Source: Vulcanimicrobiota bacterium (GTDB taxonomy: Bacteria > Vulcanimicrobiota > Vulcanimicrobiia > Vulcanimicrobiales > Vulcanimicrobiaceae). Taken from it: a stretch of DNA of 64,000 nt. Location of the stretch: NCBI GenBank assembly GCA_963777315.1, contig CAVZQC010000005.1, positions 96,001-160,000 of the forward strand, in the 5' to 3' direction. Below the pieces are notes generated by a model. That model did no database searches and was not told where the DNA came from. It saw only the letters and a list, made by a program, of their open reading frames with translations. Both the position numbers and the translations under genes were made by a program. Below are positions 19,452 through 29,460 of this stretch, one piece after another; the first letter of the stretch is position 1; each line of letters starts with the position of its first letter.

Positions 19452-20370
19452 CAAGCCCTTACGAGCTGCGATACTGAGCGCGGCCGACAATGCGTCGGTG
19501 CGCCGTTTTGTCGATCGCTACGGCTTCTCCTTAGGAGCGCAGCGGTTCGTCGCGGGCCGCAGTGGTCAGGAGTTTTTGCAAGTCGCCAAGGCGGTCAACG
19601 CGCAGGGCTTCGCCGTGGCGTGCGGCATCCTGGGTGAGGGTGTGCGTACGGCCGGCGAAGCAACGGCGGCGGCCGAGCAGTATTGCGAACTGCTGCGCAC
19701 GTTTGCGGCGCAAGGCATCGATGCCAACGTCGCGTTCAAGCTCACGCACGTGGGTCTGGACATCGACCCGGCGTTCGCGCTGGAAAATGCCGTTCACATC
19801 GCACAAACCGCGCAAACCACGCGCAACACGATGCGCTTGGATATGGAACAGTCGCAGTACGTGGACGCAACGCTGAAAACGTACCGCCGGCTGCGGGAGC
19901 GATTCGACTGCGTGGGATTGGCTTTGCAATCTTATCTGCGCCGCAGCATGGACGATCTGCGCGCGCTTTTACCGCTTGCGCCCAACGTGCGCGTCGTCAA
20001 AGGCGCATACCTGGAGCCTGCGGCGATTGCCTATGCGGATAAAAGAGACGTGGACGCGAATTATCTGCGCCTGGTCGAAACTGCGCTCGATGCAGAAGGC
20101 TATACTGCCGTCGCAACGCACGATCGCCGGATCGTCGAGCGCGTAGTGCAGATCGCGCAGCGTCGCGGCATTGCGCAAACCGGCCGTTTCGAATTTCAAA
20201 TGCTGTACGGCATCGCCGGCGGACTGGCAGGCGAATTGGTTCGATCCGGATACCGCGTGCGGTTGGCCGTCCCGTTCGGGACCGATTGGTTTCCGTACCT
20301 GATGCGGCGCTTGGCGGAAAGGCCGGCCAATCTGGCATTTTTCCTCAAGGGAGCGGTAACGCGCCGTTGA
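19441..20370 (+). CDS. putB: monofunctional proline dehydrogenase
   Basis: RFVAG, KLTHVGL, LDME, RVVKGAY, ATHD, EFQMLYG, YLMRRLAERPAN. Confidence 0.92.
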   Translation: MLLDKPLRAAILSAADNASVRRFVDRYGFSLGAQRFVAGRSGQEFLQVAKAVNAQGFAVACGILGEGVRTAGEATAAAEQYCELLRTFAAQGIDANVAFKLTHVGLDIDPAFALENAVHIAQTAQTTRNTMRLDMEQSQYVDATLKTYRRLRERFDCVGLALQSYLRRSMDDLRALLPLAPNVRVVKGAYLEPAAIAYADKRDVDANYLRLVETALDAEGYTAVATHDRRIVERVVQIAQRRGIAQTGRFEFQMLYGIAGGLAGELVRSGYRVRLAVPFGTDWFPYLMRRLAERPANLAFFLKGAVTRR

Positions 20371-21221
20371 TCGAGCCGGCGAGCCCAGCGGGCGTGTATT
20401 GCGCGGTCCTTACGCCGTTCGATGCGGACCTGCGTCCCGATGCCGGCAAAGCGATACCGTACTATCGCGCTCTGTTGCATCGCGGATGCGACGGCTTGAA
20501 CGTTTTGGGAACGACCGGAGAAGCGATGTCCGTGGGCCTCTCCGACCGCTTGCACTTTATGGAGTCCGTCGCGGGCGCCTTACCCCGCGAACGGCTCATG
20601 GTCGGTACCGGCGCTTGCGCGCTCGCCGATGCAGCGATCTTGACGCGGGCGGCATTCGATTTGGGATACGCGTTTGCGCTCGTCATTCCGCCGTTTTATT
20701 TTCGGGACGCCGACGACGAGGGCATCGTACGTTTTTTCGACGCGCTGTTCGAGCGCGCAGCGCCTCCACGACGCAGCATCTTGCTCTACAATTTTCCGCG
20801 CATGAGCGGCATCACGTTCCACGGCGATCTGTACGAGCGGCTAACGGCGCAGTTTCCCGGCATCATTCGCGGGCTCAAGGACAGTTCGAATACGCAAGCC
20901 TTGGAACGCGAACTGCACGAACGCCGGCCCGAGTCCGCGATATTTCCCGGCTCGGAAGCGCTGCTTCCGGCGGCGCGAGAAAGCGGACTTGCAGGCTGCA
21001 TTTCGGGCACCGTGTGTTTATGGCCGCAGCTCGCGTCGCGGGCTTGGCATGAGGGCCGGCGTGGGGACTGCGAACAGGTCGTGGCATTGCGCCGCGGCCT
21101 CGACGGTGCGCCGCTGATTCCCGCCGTCCGGGGCCGCGTCGCGCGCGAAACCGGCGATTCGGACTGGCTGCGCAGCGTTCCGCCGCTGCACGGAACTCGC
21201 GCGGCGGCAGCCGACGTATAA
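20367..21221 (+). CDS. dihydrodipicolinate synthase-family aldolase
   Basis: GTTGE, LYNFP, GLKDSS (Schiff-base Lys); TTGA overlap with putB. Confidence 0.88.
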   Translation: MIEPASPAGVYCAVLTPFDADLRPDAGKAIPYYRALLHRGCDGLNVLGTTGEAMSVGLSDRLHFMESVAGALPRERLMVGTGACALADAAILTRAAFDLGYAFALVIPPFYFRDADDEGIVRFFDALFERAAPPRRSILLYNFPRMSGITFHGDLYERLTAQFPGIIRGLKDSSNTQALERELHERRPESAIFPGSEALLPAARESGLAGCISGTVCLWPQLASRAWHEGRRGDCEQVVALRRGLDGAPLIPAVRGRVARETGDSDWLRSVPPLHGTRAAAADV

Positions 21222-21229
21222 GGAGTGTG

Positions 21230-21652
21230 ATGAAGAACGTGATAACGGGCTGCGCGTTGCTGGCGGCTTTCGCCCTGGGGGGCGTCGTGGTCTTTGGACA
21301 AGAAGCCGGCGGTTCGGTTTCGGATGCGTCCGCGGCATTCGCGCAGCTCAGTGCCGATCCGCAAGGTACGGTCTGGCGCAACATCGTGCACGCGCCCGCG
21401 GGCGACGTTTTGGCAATGTATATCGGCCATGCGCCGCGGCAGGTGTACGCCAAGCAGGACGAACTCATCTACGTCGTGAGCGGTCGTGGAACCGCAGCGG
21501 TCGGCTATCCTTCGTACGACATCCAGCCGGGTTCGGTCATTTCGATTCCGCGGAACACTGCGTTTGAGATATCGTCGACCGGAACGACGCCGATCAAAGC
21601 GCTCGTCATTGCCTCACCCAACAACGATCCGGCGGACAAGCGAATTTTGTAG
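21230..21652 (+). CDS. exported cupin-domain protein
   Basis: Signal peptide; DELIYVVSGRG and PGSVISIPRNTAF cupin motifs lacking the usual His ligands. Confidence 0.75.
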   Translation: MKNVITGCALLAAFALGGVVVFGQEAGGSVSDASAAFAQLSADPQGTVWRNIVHAPAGDVLAMYIGHAPRQVYAKQDELIYVVSGRGTAAVGYPSYDIQPGSVISIPRNTAFEISSTGTTPIKALVIASPNNDPADKRIL

Positions 21653-21660
21653 CGGTTCGT

Positions 21661-21909
21661 TCAGATCTGTACGACTTGCGCGATTTCCGGCACGTCGGCG
21701 CAGACGATTTGCTCGATCGCGCCTTTGAGCGTCATGTTCGAAGCTGGACATCCTCCGCACGCGCCGAGCATTTGAACGAATGCCGTGCCGTTCTCGACTT
21801 TTATGAGCCACACTTCGCCGCCGTCCATCTGAATGCCGGGGCGAACTTTATCGAGCGCCTGATTGACGCGTTCTTCGATGGATGGCTGCTCTATTGCGTT
21901 ATTGCCCAT
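21661..21909 (-). CDS. NifU/NfuA C-terminal-domain Fe-S carrier
   Basis: VRPGIQMDGG, GACGGCPAS..TLK. Confidence 0.92.
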   Translation of the reverse strand: MGNNAIEQPSIEERVNQALDKVRPGIQMDGGEVWLIKVENGTAFVQMLGACGGCPASNMTLKGAIEQIVCADVPEIAQVVQI

Positions 21910-22807
21910 ACCCCTTCATCAATTCGTGCATTCGCCCGGCCACCGCAAGCGCATCGTTCCAATCGCGCTGCCACATGTTGCGGCCGAAAATCAGGCCCAC
22001 GCAGCCGGCTTCCATTGCGATCCCGGCTTTGTGAAGCGTGTCCTCGTCGCTTATTTTGCTTCCGCCGGAAACCAGCACCAGCGAGCGCCCCGCCGATTTG
22101 ACCACTTTGCGCAGTCCATCCAGCTCCGACAGCTCCAACGTGCTGTAAGGTTTCGGCATTTTGTCCGCGGTGGCCGCATCCCATTTGGGCACGTTGAGCT
22201 TGATGACGTCCGCTCCCACTTCGCAGGCCGCGCGCGCTGCGTAATCGACGGCATACAGCGAATCAACGCCGCCCTTGGCCTTGACGGCCGCTCCGCGCGG
22301 GTACGCCCACACGATGAGCGGCATGCCGTACTTTTCGCAATCGCGGCGCACTTCGTTGCACTGCGCGATATCGACGTCTTGCGACGGGCTTCCGACGTAT
22401 AGCGTGTAGCCCACCGCATCCGCTCCCAGCCGCACGGCATCTTCGACCGACGAGGTGAGCGAACTGAATGCATCATCGTCGCTGGGCACGTTGGTCTTGC
22501 CGTTGACCTTCAATACGAGCGGAACCGTACCGGCGTACGCCTTGTGGTATTTTTCTGCCAAACCGACATGCAGAGCGATGCCGGAAAATTCGCCTTCAAC
22601 GACAAGGCGGTAAATCCAATCGGTGTCGACGGACTCGGGGTTGCTGAAGAAATCGACCGGTCCGTGCTCCAAACCCTGATCGATGGGCAGGAACATCAGC
22701 GTGCCGTTGGCGGGACCGTGCTCGTACATCATGCGATGCAGTCGTACGCGTTTTCCGGTGGAAAGATTCATTTCGTCGAACGTGGGGCGGCGCACGGCGG
22801 TCAACAT
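21899..22807 (-). CDS. class I (DhnA-type) fructose-bisphosphate aldolase
   Basis: LPIDQGLEHGP, WAYPRG, GADVIK, SGG, FGRNMWQ. Confidence 0.92.
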   Translation of the reverse strand: MLTAVRRPTFDEMNLSTGKRVRLHRMMYEHGPANGTLMFLPIDQGLEHGPVDFFSNPESVDTDWIYRLVVEGEFSGIALHVGLAEKYHKAYAGTVPLVLKVNGKTNVPSDDDAFSSLTSSVEDAVRLGADAVGYTLYVGSPSQDVDIAQCNEVRRDCEKYGMPLIVWAYPRGAAVKAKGGVDSLYAVDYAARAACEVGADVIKLNVPKWDAATADKMPKPYSTLELSELDGLRKVVKSAGRSLVLVSGGSKISDEDTLHKAGIAMEAGCVGLIFGRNMWQRDWNDALAVAGRMHELMKGYGQ

Positions 22808-22922
22808 TTGAGCGGTCTCCTCTAAACTGCGGTCGGGAAGGCTACCGTTCGGCGGCGTCCGGGTCCTTCGCTTTTGTCCCGCTCCGGCATGACAAAACCG
22901 GCGAAGCGGATAATCCCCGGGC

Positions 22923-23807
22923 GTGACTTCACCCGCCATAGGCTTCATGGGAATCGGCGCTATGGGCGAGCCGATGTCGGTTGCGCTGCTGCGGGCGGGC
23001 TACGCAGTCAGCGCGTGCGCGCACCGCAATCGCGAGCGTCTGGAACGCGTCATCGGCCAGGGGGTTGCCGAGCTTGCCGATCCGGGCTCGGTAGCGGCGG
23101 CATGCGACATTGTGATCACGTGCCTGCCGGATGCGCCGCAGGTGGAAGAAGTCATCTTCGGCGATCGCGGTGCTGCCTCAGGCGCAAAAACCGGCACCAC
23201 CTTCGTCGACATGTCGACCATTTCACCGGTTGCGGCGCGGGCGATCGCCGAGCGCTTGGACGCGCGCGGCATGCATTTTGCCGACGCGCCGGTCAGCGGA
23301 GGGCCCGCGCGGGCTGCATCCGCGACGCTCACGATCATGGTCGGCGCCTCCGCGAAGGATTTCGCGCGGATAGAACCCGTCCTCGGTGCGATGGGCACCC
23401 CGCACCACATCGGGGCGGTGGGACTGGGAGCGACGACGAAACTGGTCAATCAACTCATCATTGCGAGCGTCATGATTGCCGACGTAGAGGCGCTCACGTT
23501 CGCGCGTAACGCCGGCGCAGACGTCCAGGCGGTTCGCAAAGTGCTTTCGACGGCGACGGCGTCGAACTATCTACTCGAACAATGGCTGCCGAAAACGTGG
23601 TTTGCAGGTACGTTCAAAGAAGGCTTCGCCCTTGATCTTCTCCGCAAGGACTTGGGAGCGGCTCTCGACGCCGCTCGCGCAATGAACATGCCGATGCCGG
23701 CATCGGCCTTGGCGTATCAATTGTACACGCTCAGGTCCGCGCAAGGCGACGGCGCGCTCGACTACAGTGCGGTAGCGAAATTATATGAGCACGTCGCCGG
23801 GACCTAA
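22923..23807 (+). CDS. beta-hydroxyacid dehydrogenase (3-hydroxyisobutyrate/tartronate semialdehyde family)
   Basis: GIGAMG, DMSTISP, DAPVSGG, KLVNQ, LLRKDL. Confidence 0.9.
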   Translation: MTSPAIGFMGIGAMGEPMSVALLRAGYAVSACAHRNRERLERVIGQGVAELADPGSVAAACDIVITCLPDAPQVEEVIFGDRGAASGAKTGTTFVDMSTISPVAARAIAERLDARGMHFADAPVSGGPARAASATLTIMVGASAKDFARIEPVLGAMGTPHHIGAVGLGATTKLVNQLIIASVMIADVEALTFARNAGADVQAVRKVLSTATASNYLLEQWLPKTWFAGTFKEGFALDLLRKDLGAALDAARAMNMPMPASALAYQLYTLRSAQGDGALDYSAVAKLYEHVAGT

Positions 23808-24525
23808 CAAACGGGGAACGTTTAACAAACACCCCGACTTCAACAAGAAGATCCTCGTCGTAGACGACGAGGCTGCGATACTGCAAACTCTGCGGTACAA
23901 TTTGGAGCGCAGCGGTTACGCCGTCGTCACCGCCGGCGACGGCCGCAGCGCGGTCGCGATGGCGCAACGCGAACAGCCCGACCTCATCGTGCTGGACATC
24001 ATGCTGCCCGTGCTCGACGGTGTCGAAGCGTGCAAAGAAATCCGCAAGACCAGCGGCGTGCCGATCATCATGCTCACGGCAAAAGACCAAGAGATCGACA
24101 AGGTTCTCGCGCTGGAGCTGGGCGCGGACGATTACGTGACCAAGCCGTTCGCGCTGCACGAATTTCTCGCGCGCGTGAAAGCCCGATTGCGCCGTCCGCT
24201 CCCCGTTTCGGCAAACGACCACGATCGGGCCATTGCGCTGGGCGGAATCGTTTTGGATCCTTCGCGCCAGCATCTGACCGTGCGCGGCAAAGACGTTTCC
24301 CTTGCGCCCAAAGAGTTCGCGCTGCTTCGGGTGCTGATGGAAAATGCCGGCCGCGTGGTCACGCGCCAAACATTGCTCGACAAGGTTTGGGGATACGACT
24401 TTGAAGGCGAACAGCAAACGGTAAGCGTGCACGTCCGCTGGCTGCGCGAGAAGATCGAAGAAGATTCGCGCACTCCGGGCCACATCATTACGGTGCGCAG
24501 CCGCGGCTACATGTTCAAGGAGTAA
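23785..24525 (+). CDS. phoB: OmpR-family response regulator (PhoB/PhoP-like)
   Basis: VDDE, LDIMLP, GADDYVTKPF, winged helix; adjacent to pst genes. Confidence 0.88.
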   Translation: MSTSPGPNKRGTFNKHPDFNKKILVVDDEAAILQTLRYNLERSGYAVVTAGDGRSAVAMAQREQPDLIVLDIMLPVLDGVEACKEIRKTSGVPIIMLTAKDQEIDKVLALELGADDYVTKPFALHEFLARVKARLRRPLPVSANDHDRAIALGGIVLDPSRQHLTVRGKDVSLAPKEFALLRVLMENAGRVVTRQTLLDKVWGYDFEGEQQTVSVHVRWLREKIEEDSRTPGHIITVRSRGYMFKE

Positions 24526-24528
24526 TGC

Positions 24529-25719
24529 ATAGACGTTGAAGTCGTCGCGCTCGGAACGTTCGCAGCAGGTATCGCAGGCGGATTGCTGCTGCGCCGGTAC
24601 GTTCGCCCCCCCAATTCCGGCGACGCCCCCATCGAACTGCAGCCCCAGCCGCCCCCCGACAACCGGTTCGACGTGCTCGCGCGGGCTTTGCCGCTGGGTG
24701 TCATGATGCTCGATCGGCGCTTGCGCGTGCGCTTTGCCAATCGGGCGGCAGCGGCGATCTTCGGGTTCGATCGGGCTCGCGTGCGTGGAACGCATATCAT
24801 CGAGGCGATTCCTTCGATCGAACTCGAGCGGCGCGCCGGTGCAGCGCTGCGCCTGGAATATCCGCCCGGACCGCTGATCGTGAGCGGAAAGGCCGTCAAT
24901 CGTTCGTACGCGGTTTCGACCTATCCGCTGGTCGCGGAAGCCGAAGACGAAGAAGACGAAACCGGGCGCGAGGCGAGCGGCGTGCTGATCGTCGCCGAGG
25001 ACCAGACCGACCTGCTGGCGCTCGAACGCGCGCGCCAAGAATTTCTCACCAACGTTTCGCACGAGCTGCGTACGCCGCTTTCATCCATCAAAGTGATGCT
25101 GGAAACCGTTACGGAATCGGGCGACGAGGAAGCTCGCAAGCTGTTTTTGCCGCAAGCGCTGGGCCAAGTGGATCGCCTGGCTACGCTCGTGCAGCGCCTG
25201 CTGGAACAAGCGCGTGCTGAATCCGGACAGATGGTGCTTCAAATAACCGAACTCGACCTGGAAGAAGTCGCGCGGCCGATCGTAGCGTCGTTTGCGCACC
25301 AAGCTGCGGCAGCGGGTGTGACCTTAGAACTGCGTTCCTTACGGCCGGCCGTCGTCGAGGCCGACGAGCACCGGCTCGGACAGATTTTCGTGAACCTGAT
25401 CGATAACGCGCTTCGATTCACGCCCGAGAAAGGCAGCGTTACCGTTGCGCTGGACGTCGATGACGGGTACGCCGTCATTCGGGTCGCCGACACCGGCATC
25501 GGCATACCGTACAAGGATCTACCGTACGTTTTTGAACGCTTCTACGTCGTGGACCGGTCGCGTACGCGCGCCGCCCGCCGCGCCGGCGGCGCGGGCTTAG
25601 GACTCTCAATCGTTAAACAGATCGCCGAAGCGCACGGCGGCGTTGCGCACGCGCAGTCGGCGCTGAACAGCGGCGCCACCTTTACGGTCCGCATACCGCT
25701 CGTCGCAGCTGGCCCTTAA
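24529..25719 (+). CDS. phoR: PAS-containing sensor histidine kinase (PhoR-like)
   Basis: SHELRTPL, NLIDNA, DTGIGI, FERFY, GLGLSI; the frame extends upstream through a TM helix to ATA 24529, which has AAGGAG 6 nt before it. Confidence 0.88.
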   Translation: MDVEVVALGTFAAGIAGGLLLRRYVRPPNSGDAPIELQPQPPPDNRFDVLARALPLGVMMLDRRLRVRFANRAAAAIFGFDRARVRGTHIIEAIPSIELERRAGAALRLEYPPGPLIVSGKAVNRSYAVSTYPLVAEAEDEEDETGREASGVLIVAEDQTDLLALERARQEFLTNVSHELRTPLSSIKVMLETVTESGDEEARKLFLPQALGQVDRLATLVQRLLEQARAESGQMVLQITELDLEEVARPIVASFAHQAAAAGVTLELRSLRPAVVEADEHRLGQIFVNLIDNALRFTPEKGSVTVALDVDDGYAVIRVADTGIGIPYKDLPYVFERFYVVDRSRTRAARRAGGAGLGLSIVKQIAEAHGGVAHAQSALNSGATFTVRIPLVAAGP

Positions 25720-25752
25720 CTTTCCTTAATGTCCATTTAAGGAGGCCTTAGG
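25715..25752 (+). promoter_or_regulatory. putative Pho box (TTAA/TTAG repeats at 10-11 bp period)
   Basis: TTAAC 25716, TTAAT 25726, TTAAG 25737, TTAGG 25748 directly upstream of pstC. Confidence 0.6.
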
Positions 25753-25777
25753 TTGGGCTTGCTTAGATGAAGCTGTC

Positions 25778-26659
25778 TTGATCGCCGCACGCCGTCCAAC
25801 GGTCGCTCGGGCGCACGAGCGAATCGCTTCGAGCGTATTATTCGCCGCCAGCGCGTTCGTGGTCGTCGTGATGGGTGCGCTGATTGCGTACTTAGCATAC
25901 ATGGGGCTGAAGATCGTCTTTATCGATCGCGTCAACCCGCTGCATTTCTTGTTCTCGGCGGACTGGACGTCCGATCCCAGTCATCCAGGCGCGCTGGTCT
26001 TCATCGTCGGATCGCTGGCGATCACGCTGTTTGCCATCGGCGTCGGCGGCCCGTTCGGCGTCGCGGTCGGCATTTTTCTTTCACAGCTCGCGCCCGCGCG
26101 GCTGGCTGGACTCATGAAACCTGCGATCGAAATATTGGTCGGCATACCTTCGGTGGTCTACGGCTGGCTGGGCTTGACGCTTCTCGTGCCGCTCATTCGC
26201 CAGTGTTCGTCTACGACCGGTTTCGGACTGCTCACCGCCGGCATCGTGCTCTCGATCATGATCTTGCCGACCGTCATCGCGCTCTCTGAAGACGCACTGC
26301 GTGCCGTGCACGTCTCACTCAAGGAAGGATCGATGGCGCTGGGCGCAACCCGCTGGCAAACGATTTGGAGCGTGATGCTTCCCGCGGCGCGCAGCGGTCT
26401 GGCCGTAGCGATCATCTTGGGCATCGCGCGCGCAATCGGTGAAGCGCTGGCAGTGCAAATGGTCATCGGAAACAGCGCGGTGCTGCCGCGCGGGCTGCTC
26501 GCGCCAACGGCGTCGCTGACGACGGAAATCGTTACCGATATGGGAAGCGCCCAGGAAGGCACGGTGCTCTATCACGCGTTGTTTTCGCTGGCGTTCATAC
26601 TCTTGTTGATTGCGATGGCGCTCATACTGGCCGTGCGCTTCGCGCTGCGCCGAGCGTGA
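25778..26659 (+). CDS. pstC: phosphate ABC transporter permease PstC
   Basis: GIPSVVYG, ALGATRWQTI, RAIGEALAV. Confidence 0.95.
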   Translation: MIAARRPTVARAHERIASSVLFAASAFVVVVMGALIAYLAYMGLKIVFIDRVNPLHFLFSADWTSDPSHPGALVFIVGSLAITLFAIGVGGPFGVAVGIFLSQLAPARLAGLMKPAIEILVGIPSVVYGWLGLTLLVPLIRQCSSTTGFGLLTAGIVLSIMILPTVIALSEDALRAVHVSLKEGSMALGATRWQTIWSVMLPAARSGLAVAIILGIARAIGEALAVQMVIGNSAVLPRGLLAPTASLTTEIVTDMGSAQEGTVLYHALFSLAFILLLIAMALILAVRFALRRA

Positions 26660-27574
26660 GCGCCGTGGTAACTGCTGCAGCGGCTGCCCGCAATGCCCGT
26701 TCCGGTACCGCAGCGCAGCGGCGTGCCGTCGATTACGCCATGACCGGCGTGCTTTGGAGCGCGGCTCTGGCCATCATCGTGCTGCTCGCGTTTTTCATCG
26801 GCTATATCGTGTATTTGGGCGCTCCGGCGATTTCGTGGCATTTTTTGACCGCTCCACCGAGCGAAATACGGGCCGGCGGCGGCATCGGACCGGAGATTTT
26901 CAATTCGTTCTATATTTTGGTGCTCACGCTGCTGTTCACCACGCCGATCGCCGCAGCCGGCGGAATCTATCTGCAGGAATATGCGCGGCCTGGCATCTTT
27001 ACCTCGCTGGTTCAGTTTTGTGCAGAATCGCTTTCGACGATCCCTTCGATCGTGATGGGGCTGTTCGGACTGCTCGTATTCGTCACGTATCTGCATTGGA
27101 AATTCACCGCATTGGGCGGCGCGCTTACCCTCACGCTTCTCAACCTGCCCGCACTCATGCGGGTGACGCAAGAAGCGGTTCTGAGCGTCCCTGGGGCCCT
27201 TCGGGAAGCGTCGATGGCGCTCGGAGCAACCAAATGGCAAACGATTCGCCGCGTCGTCGTGCCCAGCGCCATCGCACCGCTTACGACGGGCATCGTGCTG
27301 ATTGCCGGACGCATCTTTGGGGAAACGGCGGCGCTGATCTACACCGCCGGGGTGAGTGTGAGCGCGGGCACGTCGGCATACGACTTCAGCTCTGTTTCAC
27401 CAAGCGGAAACGCTTTCTGTTCACCTCTGGTATACGCATTCCGAGGGGCTCATTCCGGATGCCGAACGCGTAGGCAACGGTTCGGCGCTCGTCCTGCTGG
27501 CGATGGTACTGCTGTTCAACATCTCCGCGCGCCTGTTGGGCGGCGCATTCAGTAAACGCCTGAGCGGAAGATGA
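26656..27574 (+). CDS. pstA: phosphate ABC transporter permease PstA (apparent +1 frameshift near 27391)
   Basis: [20 protein letters not shown]; the C-terminus TLSVHLWY...[10 protein letters not shown] continues in the +1 frame to a TGA overlapping the pstB ATG. Confidence 0.92.
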
Positions 27575-28341
27575 GAAACCGCAACGGCGAAACCAAACTC
27601 TGCGTTGCCGATCTGAACGTTTGGTACGGAACGTTTCAAGCGATCAAAAACGCTTCACTGCGGGTGCGCAAGAACCGCGTAACTGCGCTGATCGGGCCGT
27701 CCGGGTGCGGCAAGTCGACGTTCATCCGCGCACTCAACCGTATGCACGACCTAGCCCCCGACGTTCGCGTGCAAGGTGAGGTAACCTTGGACGGCGAGGA
27801 CATCTACGCAAAGGACGTCGATCCGGTTACCATTCGTCATCGCATCGGCATGGTGTTTCAACGCGCAAACCCGTTTCCGAAGTCGATCTTCGAAAACGTG
27901 GTGTACGGCCCGAAGATCCACGGCGTGCGCTCGCGCAAACACCTCATGGAGATCGCCGAACGAAGCCTGCATCAGGCCGCGCTGTGGGACGAGGTAAAGG
28001 ACCGGCTCGACCGGTCCGCGCTCGATCTTTCGGGAGGACAGCAGCAGCGTCTGTGCATCGCGCGCGTGCTTGCAGTGGAACCGGAAGTCATTCTGATGGA
28101 CGAGCCGGCTTCGGCGCTCGATCCGATTGCTACCAGCAAGATCGAAGACCTCATCGGTGCTCTAAAGGAGCACTATACGGTAGTCATCGTCACGCACTCT
28201 ATGCAGCAAGCGGCACGCATATCCGATTACACGGCATTTTTCCTGATGGGGGAGCTGATAGAGGTAGGCAACACGCGCGATATCTTTTTCAAGCCGCGCG
28301 ACAAACGGACCGAGGACTACATTACGGGCCGCTACGGCTAA
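27571..28341 (+). CDS. pstB: phosphate ABC transporter ATPase PstB
   Basis: [37 protein letters not shown]. Confidence 0.97.
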   Translation: MRNRNGETKLCVADLNVWYGTFQAIKNASLRVRKNRVTALIGPSGCGKSTFIRALNRMHDLAPDVRVQGEVTLDGEDIYAKDVDPVTIRHRIGMVFQRANPFPKSIFENVVYGPKIHGVRSRKHLMEIAERSLHQAALWDEVKDRLDRSALDLSGGQQQRLCIARVLAVEPEVILMDEPASALDPIATSKIEDLIGALKEHYTVVIVTHSMQQAARISDYTAFFLMGELIEVGNTRDIFFKPRDKRTEDYITGRYG

Positions 28342-28404
28342 GCCATTGCGGACTGCGTGATGGCGCATGAACCGGGCCGGCTCGGCTAGAATAGGCCGCC
28401 CGCC

Positions 28405-29460
28405 ATGGTTGCACAGAAGATGAGAGCGCTTCGCAAAACTAAGCCGCAGCCCGGTTTCGTTCAGCAAGAGCTGCCGGTCCCGCAGATTGGGCCGTCCGAC
28501 GTGCTGATTCGCGTACAGAAGGTCGGCATATGCGGCACGGACGCGCACATCTACGACTGGGACAAATGGGCGCAGCATCGCGTGCATCCGCCGCTCACCG
28601 TCGGTCATGAGTTCATGGGGAAGGTCGCAGCGATCGGTTCGGCCGTGCAGATGGTCGGCGTGGGCGATCGGGTTTCGGCCGAAGGACACATTGCGGACGG
28701 CACGTGTTTGCTGTGCCGTACCGGCGAGGCACACATTTGCGAACGCGTCGAAATCATCGGGGTCGATCGCGACGGCGCGTTTGCCGACTACATCGCTATG
28801 CCGCAAGTCAACGTTTGGAAAATCGATCCGGTCATTCCGGACGAGTTCGCCGCGGTGTTCGACCCGCTCGGCAATGCGGTTCATACCGTGATGGCGGCCG
28901 GCGTGAGCGTGAAGTCGGTCGTTATTACCGGCGTGGGATCGATCGGGTTGATGGCGATACCCGTTGCACGCGCGGCCGGCGCATCGGCCGTGTACGCCGT
29001 CGACGTCAATCCGGCAAAACTGGAGCTCGCACGCAAACTCGGCGCCGACGAAACGTTTTCGGCCGCCGACCCCGGCTTGGTGCAGGCGATCCTGCAGCGC
29101 ACCGGCGGCGATGGGGTCGACGTGCTGCTGGAGATGTCGGGAAGCGGGCAGGCCATCGACGTCGGGCTGCGCATGGTGCGCAACGGCGGCAGAGCTGCGC
29201 TGCTGGGGATTCCCAGCGACAACATCAACATCAATTTGGCCGAACGGATCATTTTCAAGGGATTGACGGTTCTGGGCATAAATGGGCGGCGCATGTTCGA
29301 AACGTGGTACGAAACGCAAGCGCTGGTACGCAGTGGGCGAGTCGATCTGGGCCGGATCATCACGCACGTGCTGCCCTTCGAGCAGTTCGATCGTGCTTTT
29401 GAATTGATGCACAGCGGTGAAGCCGCGAAAATCGTTTTGGATTTGGGAGGCGGACAATGA
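28405..29460 (+). CDS. tdh: L-threonine 3-dehydrogenase
   Basis: GICGTD.HIY.WD.WA, GHE, FDPLGNAVHT, GINGRRMFETW; next to kbl. Confidence 0.95.
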   Translation: MVAQKMRALRKTKPQPGFVQQELPVPQIGPSDVLIRVQKVGICGTDAHIYDWDKWAQHRVHPPLTVGHEFMGKVAAIGSAVQMVGVGDRVSAEGHIADGTCLLCRTGEAHICERVEIIGVDRDGAFADYIAMPQVNVWKIDPVIPDEFAAVFDPLGNAVHTVMAAGVSVKSVVITGVGSIGLMAIPVARAAGASAVYAVDVNPAKLELARKLGADETFSAADPGLVQAILQRTGGDGVDVLLEMSGSGQAIDVGLRMVRNGGRAALLGIPSDNININLAERIIFKGLTVLGINGRRMFETWYETQALVRSGRVDLGRIITHVLPFEQFDRAFELMHSGEAAKIVLDLGGGQ

